A program made the translations under genes and the position numbers. A model generated the notes under the pieces. That model was given only the letters and a program-made list of their open reading frames with translations, searched no databases and was not told the DNA's origin. Positions 45,742-54,941 of a stretch of DNA of 64,000 bases are shown here, one piece after another (positions within the stretch are counted from its first letter, which is position 1; each line of letters starts with the position of its first letter). The DNA lies in contig CAXXWD010000008.1 in NCBI GenBank assembly GCA_963667595.2, forward strand, positions 76,237-140,236, read 5' to 3'. The DNA is from Devosiaceae bacterium. Its GTDB lineage: Bacteria > Pseudomonadota > Alphaproteobacteria > Rhizobiales > Devosiaceae.

Positions 45742-47601
45742 ATGTGCACTTCAAATTTCGCCGATACAACCGAACGCGACCCAGCCGAAGCGACCATCGC
45801 CCTTGTCATCAACGGCAAGGCCTGTCTGGGTTTCGAGAATGAAACCATCCTGAGCTGCGCCCGTCGCCACGATATCTACATCCCGACCCTGTGCGAACTC
45901 GACGACATCGACCACACGCCCGGCACCTGCCGCGTCTGCGTCGTCGACATCCTCGAACAGGACAAGGACAAGCATCAGATCGTCACCTCCTGCAACACCC
46001 CCGTGCGCGAGGGCATGGCGGTCGAGACGCGCACCAACAAGGTCCGGGAAATGCAGCGCCTCCAGGTCGAGCTATTGATGGCCGACCACCTGCAGGACTG
46101 CGCGACCTGCATCCGCCACGGCGACTGCGAGTTGCAGGATCTGGCCCAGTTCGTCGGGCTCAAGGAAAATCGCTTCTTCGATCGCGCCCGCACCGAAGCC
46201 CGGCCGATCGACACCTCCTCCCCGGCCATCATCCGCGACATGCAACGCTGCGTCAGGTGCCAGCGCTGCGTGGCGATCTGCCGTCACTTCCAGGGCATCG
46301 ATGCGCTGATGATGTCCGAAACCAGCGTCGACCGCCTGGTCGAATTGCGTGGCGGCGGCGATCAGGCGAATTCACTGTGCGTCTCCTGCGGCCAATGCGT
46401 GCTGGTCTGCCCGACCGGCGCCCTCGGGGAACGCGACGAGACCGACAAGGCGCTCGATTTCATCTGCGATCCCGAGCTGACCACCATCGTCCAGTTCGCC
46501 CCCGCGGTCCGTGTCGCCTTCGGTGAGGAATTCGGCATGCCTCCCGGCTCCAACGTCGAGGGCCATGTCATCGCGGCCTGTCGCAAGATCGGCGTCGATG
46601 TCGTGCTCGACACCAATTTCGCCGCCGACGTGGTGATCATGGAAGAGGGCATCGAGCTGCTCAACCGACTGAAGGAAGGCCAGAAGCCGACCTTCACCTC
46701 CTGTTGCCCGGCCTGGATCAACTTCGCCGAAATCCACTATCCCGACATCCTGCCGATGCTGAGTTCCACCAAATCTCCGCAGCAGGTTTTGTCCACCCTC
46801 GCCAAGACCTATCTGCCGGAAAAGGTCGGCGTGCCGGCCGAAAAGATCCGGGTAATCTCGATCATGCCCTGCACCGCCAAGAAGGACGAGGCGGCCCGCC
46901 CGCAACACGAACGCGACGGGATGCCCGATACCGACGTGGTGCTGACCACGCGCGAATTCGCCCGGCTCCTGAGACGCGAAGGCATCAACCTGGCTGATCT
47001 GGAACCCTCGAGTTTCGACAATCCTTATATGAGCGAGTATTCCGGCGCCGGCGCCATTTTCGGCACCACCGGCGGCGTCATGGAAGCGGCCGTGCGTACG
47101 ATCTATTCCATCGTCAACGGCAAGGAACTCGACCAGATCGAACTGACGCAGCTCAGGGGCTTCGAAGGCATTCGCGAGGCATCGGTCGAACTCGGCGGTC
47201 CGTTCGGAACGGTCAAGGTGGCCATGGTACATGGCCTCGGAGACACGCGCGCGCTGGTGGAAAAAGTGCGCAAGGGCGACGCCGACTACGACTTCATCGA
47301 GGTGATGGCCTGCCCCGGCGGCTGCGTCGACGGCGGCGGGTCCTTGAGGTCCAAGAAGGCCTATCTGCCCTACGCCATGGCGCGGCGCGAAACGATCTAC
47401 AACGTCGATCGCAAGACCACGGTGCGCCAGTCCCATAACAACGAACAGGTCAAATCGCTCTACCGCGATTTCCTGGAGGCCCCGAATTCGGAAAAGGCCC
47501 ACCAGCTCCTGCACACGCATTATTCCGACCGCCGTCGCGACATGAAGCACACGGTCAAGGAAGTGTGGGACGACGTGAAAATGAGCACGATGATCTATTA
47601 G
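45742..47601 (+). CDS. hydA: [FeFe]-hydrogenase catalytic subunit (M3-type with C-terminal small-subunit-like tail)
   Basis: 619 aa. N-terminal [2Fe-2S] (CRVCVV), His-ligated cluster HLQDCATCIRHGDC, and CVRCQRCVAIC / CVSCGQCVLVCP. H-cluster motifs are TSCCPAW, MPCTAKKDE and EVMACPGGCVDGGG. Confidence 0.92.
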   Translation: MCTSNFADTTERDPAEATIALVINGKACLGFENETILSCARRHDIYIPTLCELDDIDHTPGTCRVCVVDILEQDKDKHQIVTSCNTPVREGMAVETRTNKVREMQRLQVELLMADHLQDCATCIRHGDCELQDLAQFVGLKENRFFDRARTEARPIDTSSPAIIRDMQRCVRCQRCVAICRHFQGIDALMMSETSVDRLVELRGGGDQANSLCVSCGQCVLVCPTGALGERDETDKALDFICDPELTTIVQFAPAVRVAFGEEFGMPPGSNVEGHVIAACRKIGVDVVLDTNFAADVVIMEEGIELLNRLKEGQKPTFTSCCPAWINFAEIHYPDILPMLSSTKSPQQVLSTLAKTYLPEKVGVPAEKIRVISIMPCTAKKDEAARPQHERDGMPDTDVVLTTREFARLLRREGINLADLEPSSFDNPYMSEYSGAGAIFGTTGGVMEAAVRTIYSIVNGKELDQIELTQLRGFEGIREASVELGGPFGTVKVAMVHGLGDTRALVEKVRKGDADYDFIEVMACPGGCVDGGGSLRSKKAYLPYAMARRETIYNVDRKTTVRQSHNNEQVKSLYRDFLEAPNSEKAHQLLHTHYSDRRRDMKHTVKEVWDDVKMSTMIY

Positions 47602-47665
47602 GGCAACGGGCGAAAAGCGGCGACCGCTTTCGCCCCGGCCCCGTCGTGACGACAATGAAGTGAAA

Positions 47666-47706
47666 CACAAGGCGCTTTGACCCAGTCAAAGCGCCTTGTG
47701 CTTTAT
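47666..47706 (+). terminator. Strong hairpin (putative terminator) after hydA
   Basis: Perfect 16-bp stem CACAAGGCGCTTTGAC-CCA-GTCAAAGCGCCTTGTG followed by CTTTAT. A second hairpin, GGGCGAAAAGCGG..CCGCTTTCGCCC, lies at about 47609-47637. Confidence 0.65.
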
Positions 47707-48418
47707 CCAGCGCAGGTTGAGTCGGAAGCCGGTTCAGTTCTCGAGTAATTTATGATAAACTAGGTAATGTTTTCTCGGCGGGAGAGCTGATGCGACACGG
47801 CGGTCGGAGACGAAAACACCCGAATATCCCGGTTCGATTCCCCCGAAACGGCGCGTCGACAGCGCCGTCGTCTCCGCTCATCAATCGGTAAGTATAAACT
47901 ATCCGGATATCGGACACCTTTCCCCCCTTGCCAAAACGCTCGGCAACCGGGCACGCCGCGTCATTTTTCGGTTGCGCGACGCTGCGCGCAGTCGCCAAGA
48001 AAAGCAAAGGATTGCGTATTTTCAAAGGGTTACGGGTAAGGCGATGCTCCGAAGCAAAACGACAATCAGCCCAAATATATCTTTATGCGAATTATCATAT
48101 ATAGTTGAGATAATATGTAATATTGTCCCTTGCATGCGCGCTCGTGGCCTATTGTCTGCCATTTTCGTTCCCTATAAGTTGAATTGTGCCAAACTTGACC
48201 CCTAAGTCCTATGAATCTGCGAATGAAATGTGGGAGAATCGGGGTTTGACGCTGGCTGAGTGTCGTCTTTTCTTCAAGCCGTCTGCCGGTCTCGTTCCGC
48301 TGTCGGCTTTTCAGAACGCCGCTTTAACAACGCACATCACGCCCGTTGATCGCCGAATGGGCGTGCCAACCGGAGCCTGACAATCCGCTTTTTCTCCAAG
48401 TGGAGATGGACAAAAGAC

Positions 48419-50287
48419 ATGGACGTCGAAACCTCAAAATCCCCCCACCCCGTCAATGCTCCTCCGGCCCCAAAGTCGGAGATTCTTGAAATATGCGCCG
48501 CGTTCGACAATGACCGGCATCGCATGATGGATATCCTGCATGAAGTGCAGGACCGCTATCGCTGGATCTCGCCAGAAACCATGGAGGTCATCGCCGAGGC
48601 GACCGACCTTTCCAGGATTCAGGTCGAGGGCGTGGCGAGCTTCTACACCTTCTTTTCGCTAACCCCGAAAGGCAAGGTAACGATCCGTTTGTGCAATGAC
48701 ATCATCGATCGCTTCTCGGGCCTCGACGATGTCGTCAGGGTTTTCGAGACCGTACTCGGCATCAAGGTCGGTGAGACCTCCGAGGACGGTGCCTTTTCGC
48801 TCGAAGTAACGCCCTGCATCGGCATGTGCGATCAGGCCCCGGCCGCGATGATCAACGATGTCGTGGTCACCAAACTGACCCGCGACAAGGCACGCGAGAT
48901 CGCAACCGCCCTCAAAAACGGTGACAATCCGGAAAAGATCGCGGTTCCCGGCTTCACGCCGTCTTCGCCGCACGAGCGCGCAACCCGCATGGTGGACAAC
49001 AACATCCGTCATGCCGGTGAATCCCTGCTCGGCCCGGTGCCGCTGGATGCCGGCCTGAACAAGGCCGTCTCCATGACGCCGACCCAGATCATAACGACCG
49101 TCGAAGAGAGCGGATTGCGGGGTTGCGGCGGCGCCGGTTTCGTTACCGGACGCAAATGGCGTTTCGCCTCTGGCGGCGAAGCGGAACGGCGTTTCATCAT
49201 CTGCAACGCCGACGAGGGCGAACCCGGTACGTTCAAGGATCGTGTCCTTCTGACCGAACGCCCGCACCTGCTCATCGAGGGTATGACCATTGCCGCCCGC
49301 GCCGTCGGCGCCAGGGAAGGCATCATTTACCTGAGAGGCGAATACGCCTACCTCAAATCACTCATAGAGGAAGTGCTCGAACAGCGCCGCGCCAACGGCC
49401 TGCTCGGCAAGGGTATCCTCGGGGTCAGGAACTTCAACTTCGACATCCGCATCCAGATGGGCGCCGGCGCCTATGTGTGCGGCGAAGAAGGCGCGCTCAT
49501 CAGCTCCTGCGAAGGCCTGCCGGGCGAACCCAAGACCCGTCCGCCCTTCCCGGTGACCAGCGGTTTTCTGGGCTATCCCACCGTGGTCAACAATGTCGAA
49601 ACCTTCTGCCACGCGGCGCGCATTCTCGATAAGGGCGCCAAATGGTTCTTCGACATGGGCACGGAATCGAGCCACGGCACCAAGCTGTTCTCCGTTTCCG
49701 GCGATTGCCTCAATCCGGGCATCTACGAACTGTCCTACGGCCACACCATCTGGGAACTCCTCAGAATGGTCGGCGCCGAAGACGCGGCGGCCGTCCAGGT
49801 CGGCGGTCCGAGCGGCACCATGATCGGTCGCGACAGCTTCGACAGGAAACTGGCCTTCGACGATCTGGCCACGGGCGGCGCCATCATCATTTTCAACGGC
49901 ACCCGCAACATCCTCGAAATCGTCGAATACTACATGTCGTTCTTCGTGCACGAGAGCTGCGGCTACTGCACGCCCTGCCGGGTCGGCAACGTCTTCTTGC
50001 AGAAGGCGGTCGCCAAGTTCCGCAAGGGCCTCGCCAATCCCGAAGACATTCAATATCTCAGGGAACTGGCGTCGACGATCATCGAGACCTCCCGCTGCGG
50101 TCTCGGCGTGACGGCACCGAACCCGGTGCTGACCACCCTCAAGAGCTTCCCGCTCATCTATTCCACCATGACCAAGCCGAACAAGGACGGGATCAGGGAT
50201 TCCTTCGACATCCAGTCGGCCATCGACGACGCGCGCAAGATCGCCAAGCGTCGGTCCTACATCTATGACAAGGACTTCAGCCAATGA
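48419..50287 (+). CDS. hoxF: NAD-reducing [NiFe]-hydrogenase diaphorase subunit HoxF (NuoE-like + NuoF-like)
   Basis: 622 aa. Thioredoxin-like NuoE module (TPCIGMCDQAP), then NuoF motifs GLRGCGGAGFVTGRKW, ICNADEGEPGTFKDR, ESCGYCTPCRVG and RCGLG. Confidence 0.9.
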   Translation: MDVETSKSPHPVNAPPAPKSEILEICAAFDNDRHRMMDILHEVQDRYRWISPETMEVIAEATDLSRIQVEGVASFYTFFSLTPKGKVTIRLCNDIIDRFSGLDDVVRVFETVLGIKVGETSEDGAFSLEVTPCIGMCDQAPAAMINDVVVTKLTRDKAREIATALKNGDNPEKIAVPGFTPSSPHERATRMVDNNIRHAGESLLGPVPLDAGLNKAVSMTPTQIITTVEESGLRGCGGAGFVTGRKWRFASGGEAERRFIICNADEGEPGTFKDRVLLTERPHLLIEGMTIAARAVGAREGIIYLRGEYAYLKSLIEEVLEQRRANGLLGKGILGVRNFNFDIRIQMGAGAYVCGEEGALISSCEGLPGEPKTRPPFPVTSGFLGYPTVVNNVETFCHAARILDKGAKWFFDMGTESSHGTKLFSVSGDCLNPGIYELSYGHTIWELLRMVGAEDAAAVQVGGPSGTMIGRDSFDRKLAFDDLATGGAIIIFNGTRNILEIVEYYMSFFVHESCGYCTPCRVGNVFLQKAVAKFRKGLANPEDIQYLRELASTIIETSRCGLGVTAPNPVLTTLKSFPLIYSTMTKPNKDGIRDSFDIQSAIDDARKIAKRRSYIYDKDFSQ

Positions 50288-51030
50288 GCGAGATCAGCGA
50301 TAGCGGTACCCGCAGAGACCAATCATTCATCTTCACCATCGACGGCATCGAGGTGAAGGCGCAGCCGGGTCAGACCATCATGGAAGCGGCGGACGATGCC
50401 GGGATCTACATCCCGCGTCTGTGCGACCACGAAGGTCTTCGCCATCAGGGCTCCTGCCGCGTGTGCACGGTCAAGGTCGGCGGACGGTCCGTCGCGGCCT
50501 GCACCCAGCCGGCATCGCCCGGCCAGAACGTCGAGGCGGACACGCCCCACCTGACCCAGTTGAGGCGCACCCTGGTCGAGATGCTGTTCCATGAAGGCAA
50601 TCACTTCTGCCCGGGCTGCGAAGCCAGCGGCAATTGCGAATTGCAGGCTATGGCCTACCGGCTCGACATGACGCAACCGACCAAGTTCCCCTACCTCCAG
50701 CCGAACCGCAATCTCGACGCAACCCACCCGGACATCGCGCTCGACACCAACCGCTGCATTTCCTGCGGGCGGTGCATCCGCGCCTCCATGGACGTGGATG
50801 GCAAGGGTATCTTCGGTTATGTCGGCCGCGGCATCAATCGCCGCGTTTCGGTCAATGGCAGCGATCTGGCCCATACCGACGCCGCCATCTCCGACCATGC
50901 CGTCTCGGAAGAGGTCTGCCCGGTCGGTTGCATCATCCGCAAGCGCGTGGGCTTCTCGGTCCCCATCGGCGAACGCGAGTTCGACAAGGGTCTGATCGGG
51001 CACGAAATTGAGGAGAGGCGCAATGCCTGA
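50284..51030 (+). CDS. hoxU: NAD-reducing hydrogenase diaphorase subunit HoxU (NuoG N-terminal-like Fe-S protein)
   Basis: 248 aa. [2Fe-2S] C..GSCRVC, HxxxCxxCxxxxxC (HEGNHFCPGCEASGNC) and CISCGRCIRA. ATGA overlap with hoxF. Confidence 0.88.
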   Translation: MSEISDSGTRRDQSFIFTIDGIEVKAQPGQTIMEAADDAGIYIPRLCDHEGLRHQGSCRVCTVKVGGRSVAACTQPASPGQNVEADTPHLTQLRRTLVEMLFHEGNHFCPGCEASGNCELQAMAYRLDMTQPTKFPYLQPNRNLDATHPDIALDTNRCISCGRCIRASMDVDGKGIFGYVGRGINRRVSVNGSDLAHTDAAISDHAVSEEVCPVGCIIRKRVGFSVPIGEREFDKGLIGHEIEERRNA

Positions 51031-51592
51031 GTTGAGAAAGGCGCGTGTCGCCACCGCTTCGCTGGCCGGCTGTTTCGGCTGCCACATGGCCCTGCTGGAC
51101 ATCGACGAACGCCTGATCGGGTTGATGCAGCTCGTCGAATTCGACAAGTCGCCGGTCAACGACATCAAGACCTTCACCCAGCGCTGTGACATCGGCATCA
51201 TCGAAGGCGGCTGCGCCAACGAGGAAAACGTACACACGCTGCAGGAGTTCCGGCGCAATTGCGACGTGCTCATTGCCCTTGGGCAATGCGCCATCATGGG
51301 CGGCCTGCCGGCCATGCGCAACGCGGTGATGCATTCCGAAAATCCGTTGTACGAATGCCTTGAAGAAGCCTATCTGACTGGCAAGTACATCCGCAACGAC
51401 ACGCATCAGATCCCCAATGATCCCGCGCTGCCGCTGGTGCTCGACCAGGTCTACCCGTGCTCGGAAGTGGTCAAGATCGACTACAACATTCCGGGATGCG
51501 GGCCGAGTGGCGACATCATCTACAACACGCTTGCCGCCCTTCTGACCGGCAAGTTCCGCGGCTTCGAACGCGAACTGATCAAGTTCGACTAG
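51023..51592 (+). CDS. hoxY: NAD-reducing [NiFe]-hydrogenase small subunit HoxY
   Basis: 189 aa from the ATG at 51023. ASLAGCFGCHMALLD, IIEGGCANEEN and GQCAIMGGLP are group-3 small-subunit cysteine motifs. 8-nt overlap with hoxU. Confidence 0.88.
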   Translation: MPELRKARVATASLAGCFGCHMALLDIDERLIGLMQLVEFDKSPVNDIKTFTQRCDIGIIEGGCANEENVHTLQEFRRNCDVLIALGQCAIMGGLPAMRNAVMHSENPLYECLEEAYLTGKYIRNDTHQIPNDPALPLVLDQVYPCSEVVKIDYNIPGCGPSGDIIYNTLAALLTGKFRGFERELIKFD

Positions 51593-51603
51593 GATTTTTG
51601 AAA

Positions 51604-53043
51604 ATGGCCGAACCTAGAATGATCGAAATTTCACCGGTGACCCGTGTCGAAGGACACGGCAAGGTCACCATTCACATGAACGCGAAGAACGAGGTCGAAG
51701 AGGCCCGGCTTCACATCGTCGAGTTCCGCGGTTTTGAACGCTTCATCCGCGGCCGTCTGATGTGGGAAGTGCCGGTGATCGTGCAGCGCCTGTGCGGCAT
51801 CTGCCCGGTGAGCCATCACCTCGCCGCCGCCAAGGCGATGGACATGATCGCGGGCGTGGACGTGCTGCCGCCGACCGCCGAAAAGATGCGTCGCCTGATG
51901 CATTACGGCCAGGTCATGCAGTCCCATGTGCTGCACTTCTTCCATCTGGCCGCGCCGGACCTTCTGTTCGGTTTCGACGCCCCTGCCCCCAAGCGCAACG
52001 TCTTCGAGATCTTGAAGGAGAATCCCGAACTCGGCAAACGCGCCGTGCTGATGCGCAAATACGGTCAGGAGATCATCGCCGCGACCGCTGGCAAGAAGGT
52101 GCACGGCACGGGCGCCATCCCGGGCGGCATCAACCGCAACCTTTCCATCGAAAAGCGTGACGAGTTCTTGAAGGACATCGACACGATGACCGAATGGGTC
52201 AAGGACGCGGTGGCGCTGGCCAAGGACTACACGCTGACGCATATGGACCTGGTGAACAATTTCGGGACCTTCCCGTCCAATCACCTGTCCATCATCCGCG
52301 GCGATGGCGCGCTCGATCTCTATCACGGCGACCTTCGCCTGCGCGGCACCGACGGCAACCCGCTGTTCGATCACTACGATTATTCCAAATATTACGAAGT
52401 GATCACCGAAGAGGTGCGGTCCTGGTCCTATATGAAGTTCCCCTACTACAACGAACTGGGACCGGAAGCCGGCTGGTATCGTGTCGGGCCGCTGGCGCGG
52501 CTCAACAACGCCGATTTCATCGACACGCCGCTCGCCAATGCCGAACTCAAGGAATTGAAAGCGGTCACCAACGGTGCGCCGCTGTTCGCCACGCTCGGTA
52601 ATCACTGGGCCCGCATGATCGAGGTTCTGCACTGCGTCGAAAAGATCAAGGAACTGCTCCTCGATCCCGACCTGCAGGGCACGGACCTGGTGGCCAAGGG
52701 CGACCGTCGCGAAGAAGGCGTCGGCGTCATCGAAGCTCCGCGCGGTACGCTCATCCACCACTACAAGGTGGACGAGGACGATCAGGTCACCTATTGCAAC
52801 CTGATCGTGTCGACCACGCACAACAACGAAGGCATGAACCAGGCGGTCAAGGACGTGGCGATCAAGCATCTCGGCGGCCAGGAAAAGATCACCGAGGGCA
52901 TGCTCAACCACATCGAAGTGGCGATCCGTGCCTACGACCCCTGCTTGAGCTGCGCCACCCATGCGCTCGGGCAGATGCCGCTCGAAGTCGAGATCTTCGA
53001 CGCCGAGGGCAACGTGATCGACAAGCGCGAGACGGGAGCCTGA
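51604..53043 (+). CDS. hoxH: NAD-reducing [NiFe]-hydrogenase large subunit HoxH
   Basis: 479 aa. ISPVTRVEGHG, RLCGICPVSH, and C-terminal DPCLSCATH followed by a cleavable extension. Confidence 0.93.
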   Translation: MAEPRMIEISPVTRVEGHGKVTIHMNAKNEVEEARLHIVEFRGFERFIRGRLMWEVPVIVQRLCGICPVSHHLAAAKAMDMIAGVDVLPPTAEKMRRLMHYGQVMQSHVLHFFHLAAPDLLFGFDAPAPKRNVFEILKENPELGKRAVLMRKYGQEIIAATAGKKVHGTGAIPGGINRNLSIEKRDEFLKDIDTMTEWVKDAVALAKDYTLTHMDLVNNFGTFPSNHLSIIRGDGALDLYHGDLRLRGTDGNPLFDHYDYSKYYEVITEEVRSWSYMKFPYYNELGPEAGWYRVGPLARLNNADFIDTPLANAELKELKAVTNGAPLFATLGNHWARMIEVLHCVEKIKELLLDPDLQGTDLVAKGDRREEGVGVIEAPRGTLIHHYKVDEDDQVTYCNLIVSTTHNNEGMNQAVKDVAIKHLGGQEKITEGMLNHIEVAIRAYDPCLSCATHALGQMPLEVEIFDAEGNVIDKRETGA

Positions 53044-53507
53044 TGACTGCATTGCTCATCGGATTCGGAAACCAGGGCCGCGGTGACGACGGCCTTGGTC
53101 CCGTTTTTGCCGAACGAATCGAAAAACGCGCGCCGGCGGATCTCGAGATCGACATCGACTACCAGTTGACCGTCGATCACGCGCTCGCCGTCGCTGAGGC
53201 CGATCTGGTGGTGTTCGCCGATGCCATGATCGGTGCCGAAGGCGATTTCACCTTCACCCCCATCGGGGCGGAAGGCGCCACCGTCATGGGCAGTCACGAG
53301 CTGACCCCCGAGGCGGTGATGACGCTGGCCAAGACGCTTTACGGTCATGAGCCGCCCGCCTATGTGCTCGGCATTTCCGGCTGGGATTACGGCGAGGTCA
53401 AGGAAGGCCTGAGCGCGGAAGCAAAGGCCCATCTCGACGCTGCCGAAGCCTTCTTTATCGACTGGTACGCCAAAGCGGCGAACCGGGAGTCATTTGCCGA
53501 TGCATGA
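53043..53507 (+). CDS. hoxW: Hydrogenase maturation endopeptidase (HoxW/HyaD family)
   Basis: 154 aa. LLIGFGNQGRGDDGLG N-terminal motif. TGATG overlap with the hoxH stop. Confidence 0.85.
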   Translation: MTALLIGFGNQGRGDDGLGPVFAERIEKRAPADLEIDIDYQLTVDHALAVAEADLVVFADAMIGAEGDFTFTPIGAEGATVMGSHELTPEAVMTLAKTLYGHEPPAYVLGISGWDYGEVKEGLSAEAKAHLDAAEAFFIDWYAKAANRESFADA

Positions 53508-53841
53508 AATGAGCCTGTGCGAAAGCTTGCTCGACATCCTCAAAACAGAAGCCGAAACGGCGCATTTCACCTCAGTCAAGCGGATCACGCTGGAAATCGG
53601 GCCGCTGTCGACGGTGGAGCCGGAGGCCATGCGCTTCGGCTTCGATGTTGTGATGAAGGGCACCTTGGCTGATGGGGCAAAGCTCGATATCGTCACCGAG
53701 CCCGCAGAGGCGCGCTGCCTTAACTGCTTCGAGCTCGTCACTGTTTCAGACCGGTTGTCTCCCTGTCCCAAATGTGGGAGCACCGATCTGCAGATTTCGG
53801 GCGGCGACGCCCTGCGTATCAAGGAACTGGAGGTGCAATGA
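53500..53841 (+). CDS. hypA: Hydrogenase nickel-insertion protein HypA
   Basis: 113 aa starting MHEMSLCES. Zinc site CLNC...CPKCG. Confidence 0.9.
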   Translation: MHEMSLCESLLDILKTEAETAHFTSVKRITLEIGPLSTVEPEAMRFGFDVVMKGTLADGAKLDIVTEPAEARCLNCFELVTVSDRLSPCPKCGSTDLQISGGDALRIKELEVQ

Positions 53842-54674
53842 TGTGTGCGACATGCGGCTGCGGCCATGACGATGTGACGATCGAGGGTCACGGACACGAT
53901 CATCACCACCATGGTCATGATCACCCTCATGATCATGACCACCATCACGATCATGACCACGCCCACGAACACGATCACGATCCGCAAAGCCGGGTCGTGG
54001 CGGTCGAGCGCGACTTGCTCGAAAAGAACAATGCCCTGGCGGCCGGCAATCGCGCCTATTTCGGCGATCGCGGCATCCTGGCGCTGAACCTTGTCTCCAG
54101 TCCCGGTTCGGGCAAGACCGAGCTTTTGGTCAAGACCATCGAAAAGCTCGCCGGCAAGCTCAAGCCCTACGTGGTCGAAGGCGACCAACAGACCACCAAT
54201 GACGCGGAGCGCATCCGCGCCACCAGCGCCGAGGCCATCCAGATCAACACCGGCAAGGGCTGCCATCTCGACGCCCATATGGTCGGACACGCCGTCGATC
54301 ATCTGGCGCCGTCCGAAGGTTCTGTCGTTTTCATCGAGAATGTCGGTAATCTCGTCTGTCCCGCTGGCTTCGACCTTGGGGAAGCGCACAAGGTGGTCAT
54401 CCTCTCGGTCACGGAAGGCGACGACAAGCCCCTGAAATATCCGGATATTTTCGCCGCCTCCGACCTCGTTCTGATCAACAAGACCGACCTTTTGGCCTAT
54501 GTCGATTTCGACATGGACAAGGCGGCGGCCAATGCACGGCGCGTCAAGCCCGGCATCAAGGTGCTGCCGGTTTCGGCCAAGACCGGCGAAGGTCTCGACA
54601 ACTGGATCGCCTGGCTGATGGGCGCACGCGCCATGGTTCTGGCCGGCCATCCGCTTGGAACCGCTGCGGAGTAG
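53838..54674 (+). CDS. hypB: Hydrogenase nickel-incorporation GTPase HypB (His-rich)
   Basis: 278 aa. N-terminal CATCGC, the His-rich tract [31 protein letters not shown], and the P-loop SSPGSGKT. Confidence 0.92.
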   Translation: MMCATCGCGHDDVTIEGHGHDHHHHGHDHPHDHDHHHDHDHAHEHDHDPQSRVVAVERDLLEKNNALAAGNRAYFGDRGILALNLVSSPGSGKTELLVKTIEKLAGKLKPYVVEGDQQTTNDAERIRATSAEAIQINTGKGCHLDAHMVGHAVDHLAPSEGSVVFIENVGNLVCPAGFDLGEAHKVVILSVTEGDDKPLKYPDIFAASDLVLINKTDLLAYVDFDMDKAAANARRVKPGIKVLPVSAKTGEGLDNWIAWLMGARAMVLAGHPLGTAAE

Positions 54675-54683
54675 GAGTTTCCC

Positions 54684-54941
54684 ATGTGCCTTGCCATTCC
54701 CGCCAGGATCGTTTCCGTCGATGAAACGGACGCGACCGCCATGGTGTCGCTCGAAGGGATCAAGAAGAAGATTTCGACCGCGCTGCTCGACAATGTCGCG
54801 GTCGGCGATTTCGTCCTCGTTCATGTCGGCTACGCCCTCAACACGCTTTCCGAGGACGAGGCCCAGCGCACGCTCGACCTGATGCGCGAAGGCGGCCTGC
54901 TTGCCGACGAGATGGCCGAAATCAGCGAGGGCGCTTTATGA
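54684..54941 (+). CDS. hypC: Hydrogenase assembly chaperone HypC
   Basis: 85 aa starting MCLAIPARIV. Confidence 0.9.
   Translation: MCLAIPARIVSVDETDATAMVSLEGIKKKISTALLDNVAVGDFVLVHVGYALNTLSEDEAQRTLDLMREGGLLADEMAEISEGAL

Noticed and set aside
47703-47716. The shared 10-mer ATCCAGCGCA occurs in both hydrogenase upstream regions (43564-43573 and 47705-47714).
   Set aside because: By my rough estimate, one shared 10-mer between two regions of a few hundred bp (both strands) is close to chance expectation. The flanks do not align.
47838-47855. tRNA T-arm-like GGTTCGATTCC inside the hydA-hoxF spacer, which could be a tRNA fragment or att-site remnant.
   Set aside because: The flanking bases cannot form the 5-bp T stem or an acceptor stem. 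No direct repeat partner or integrase is present.
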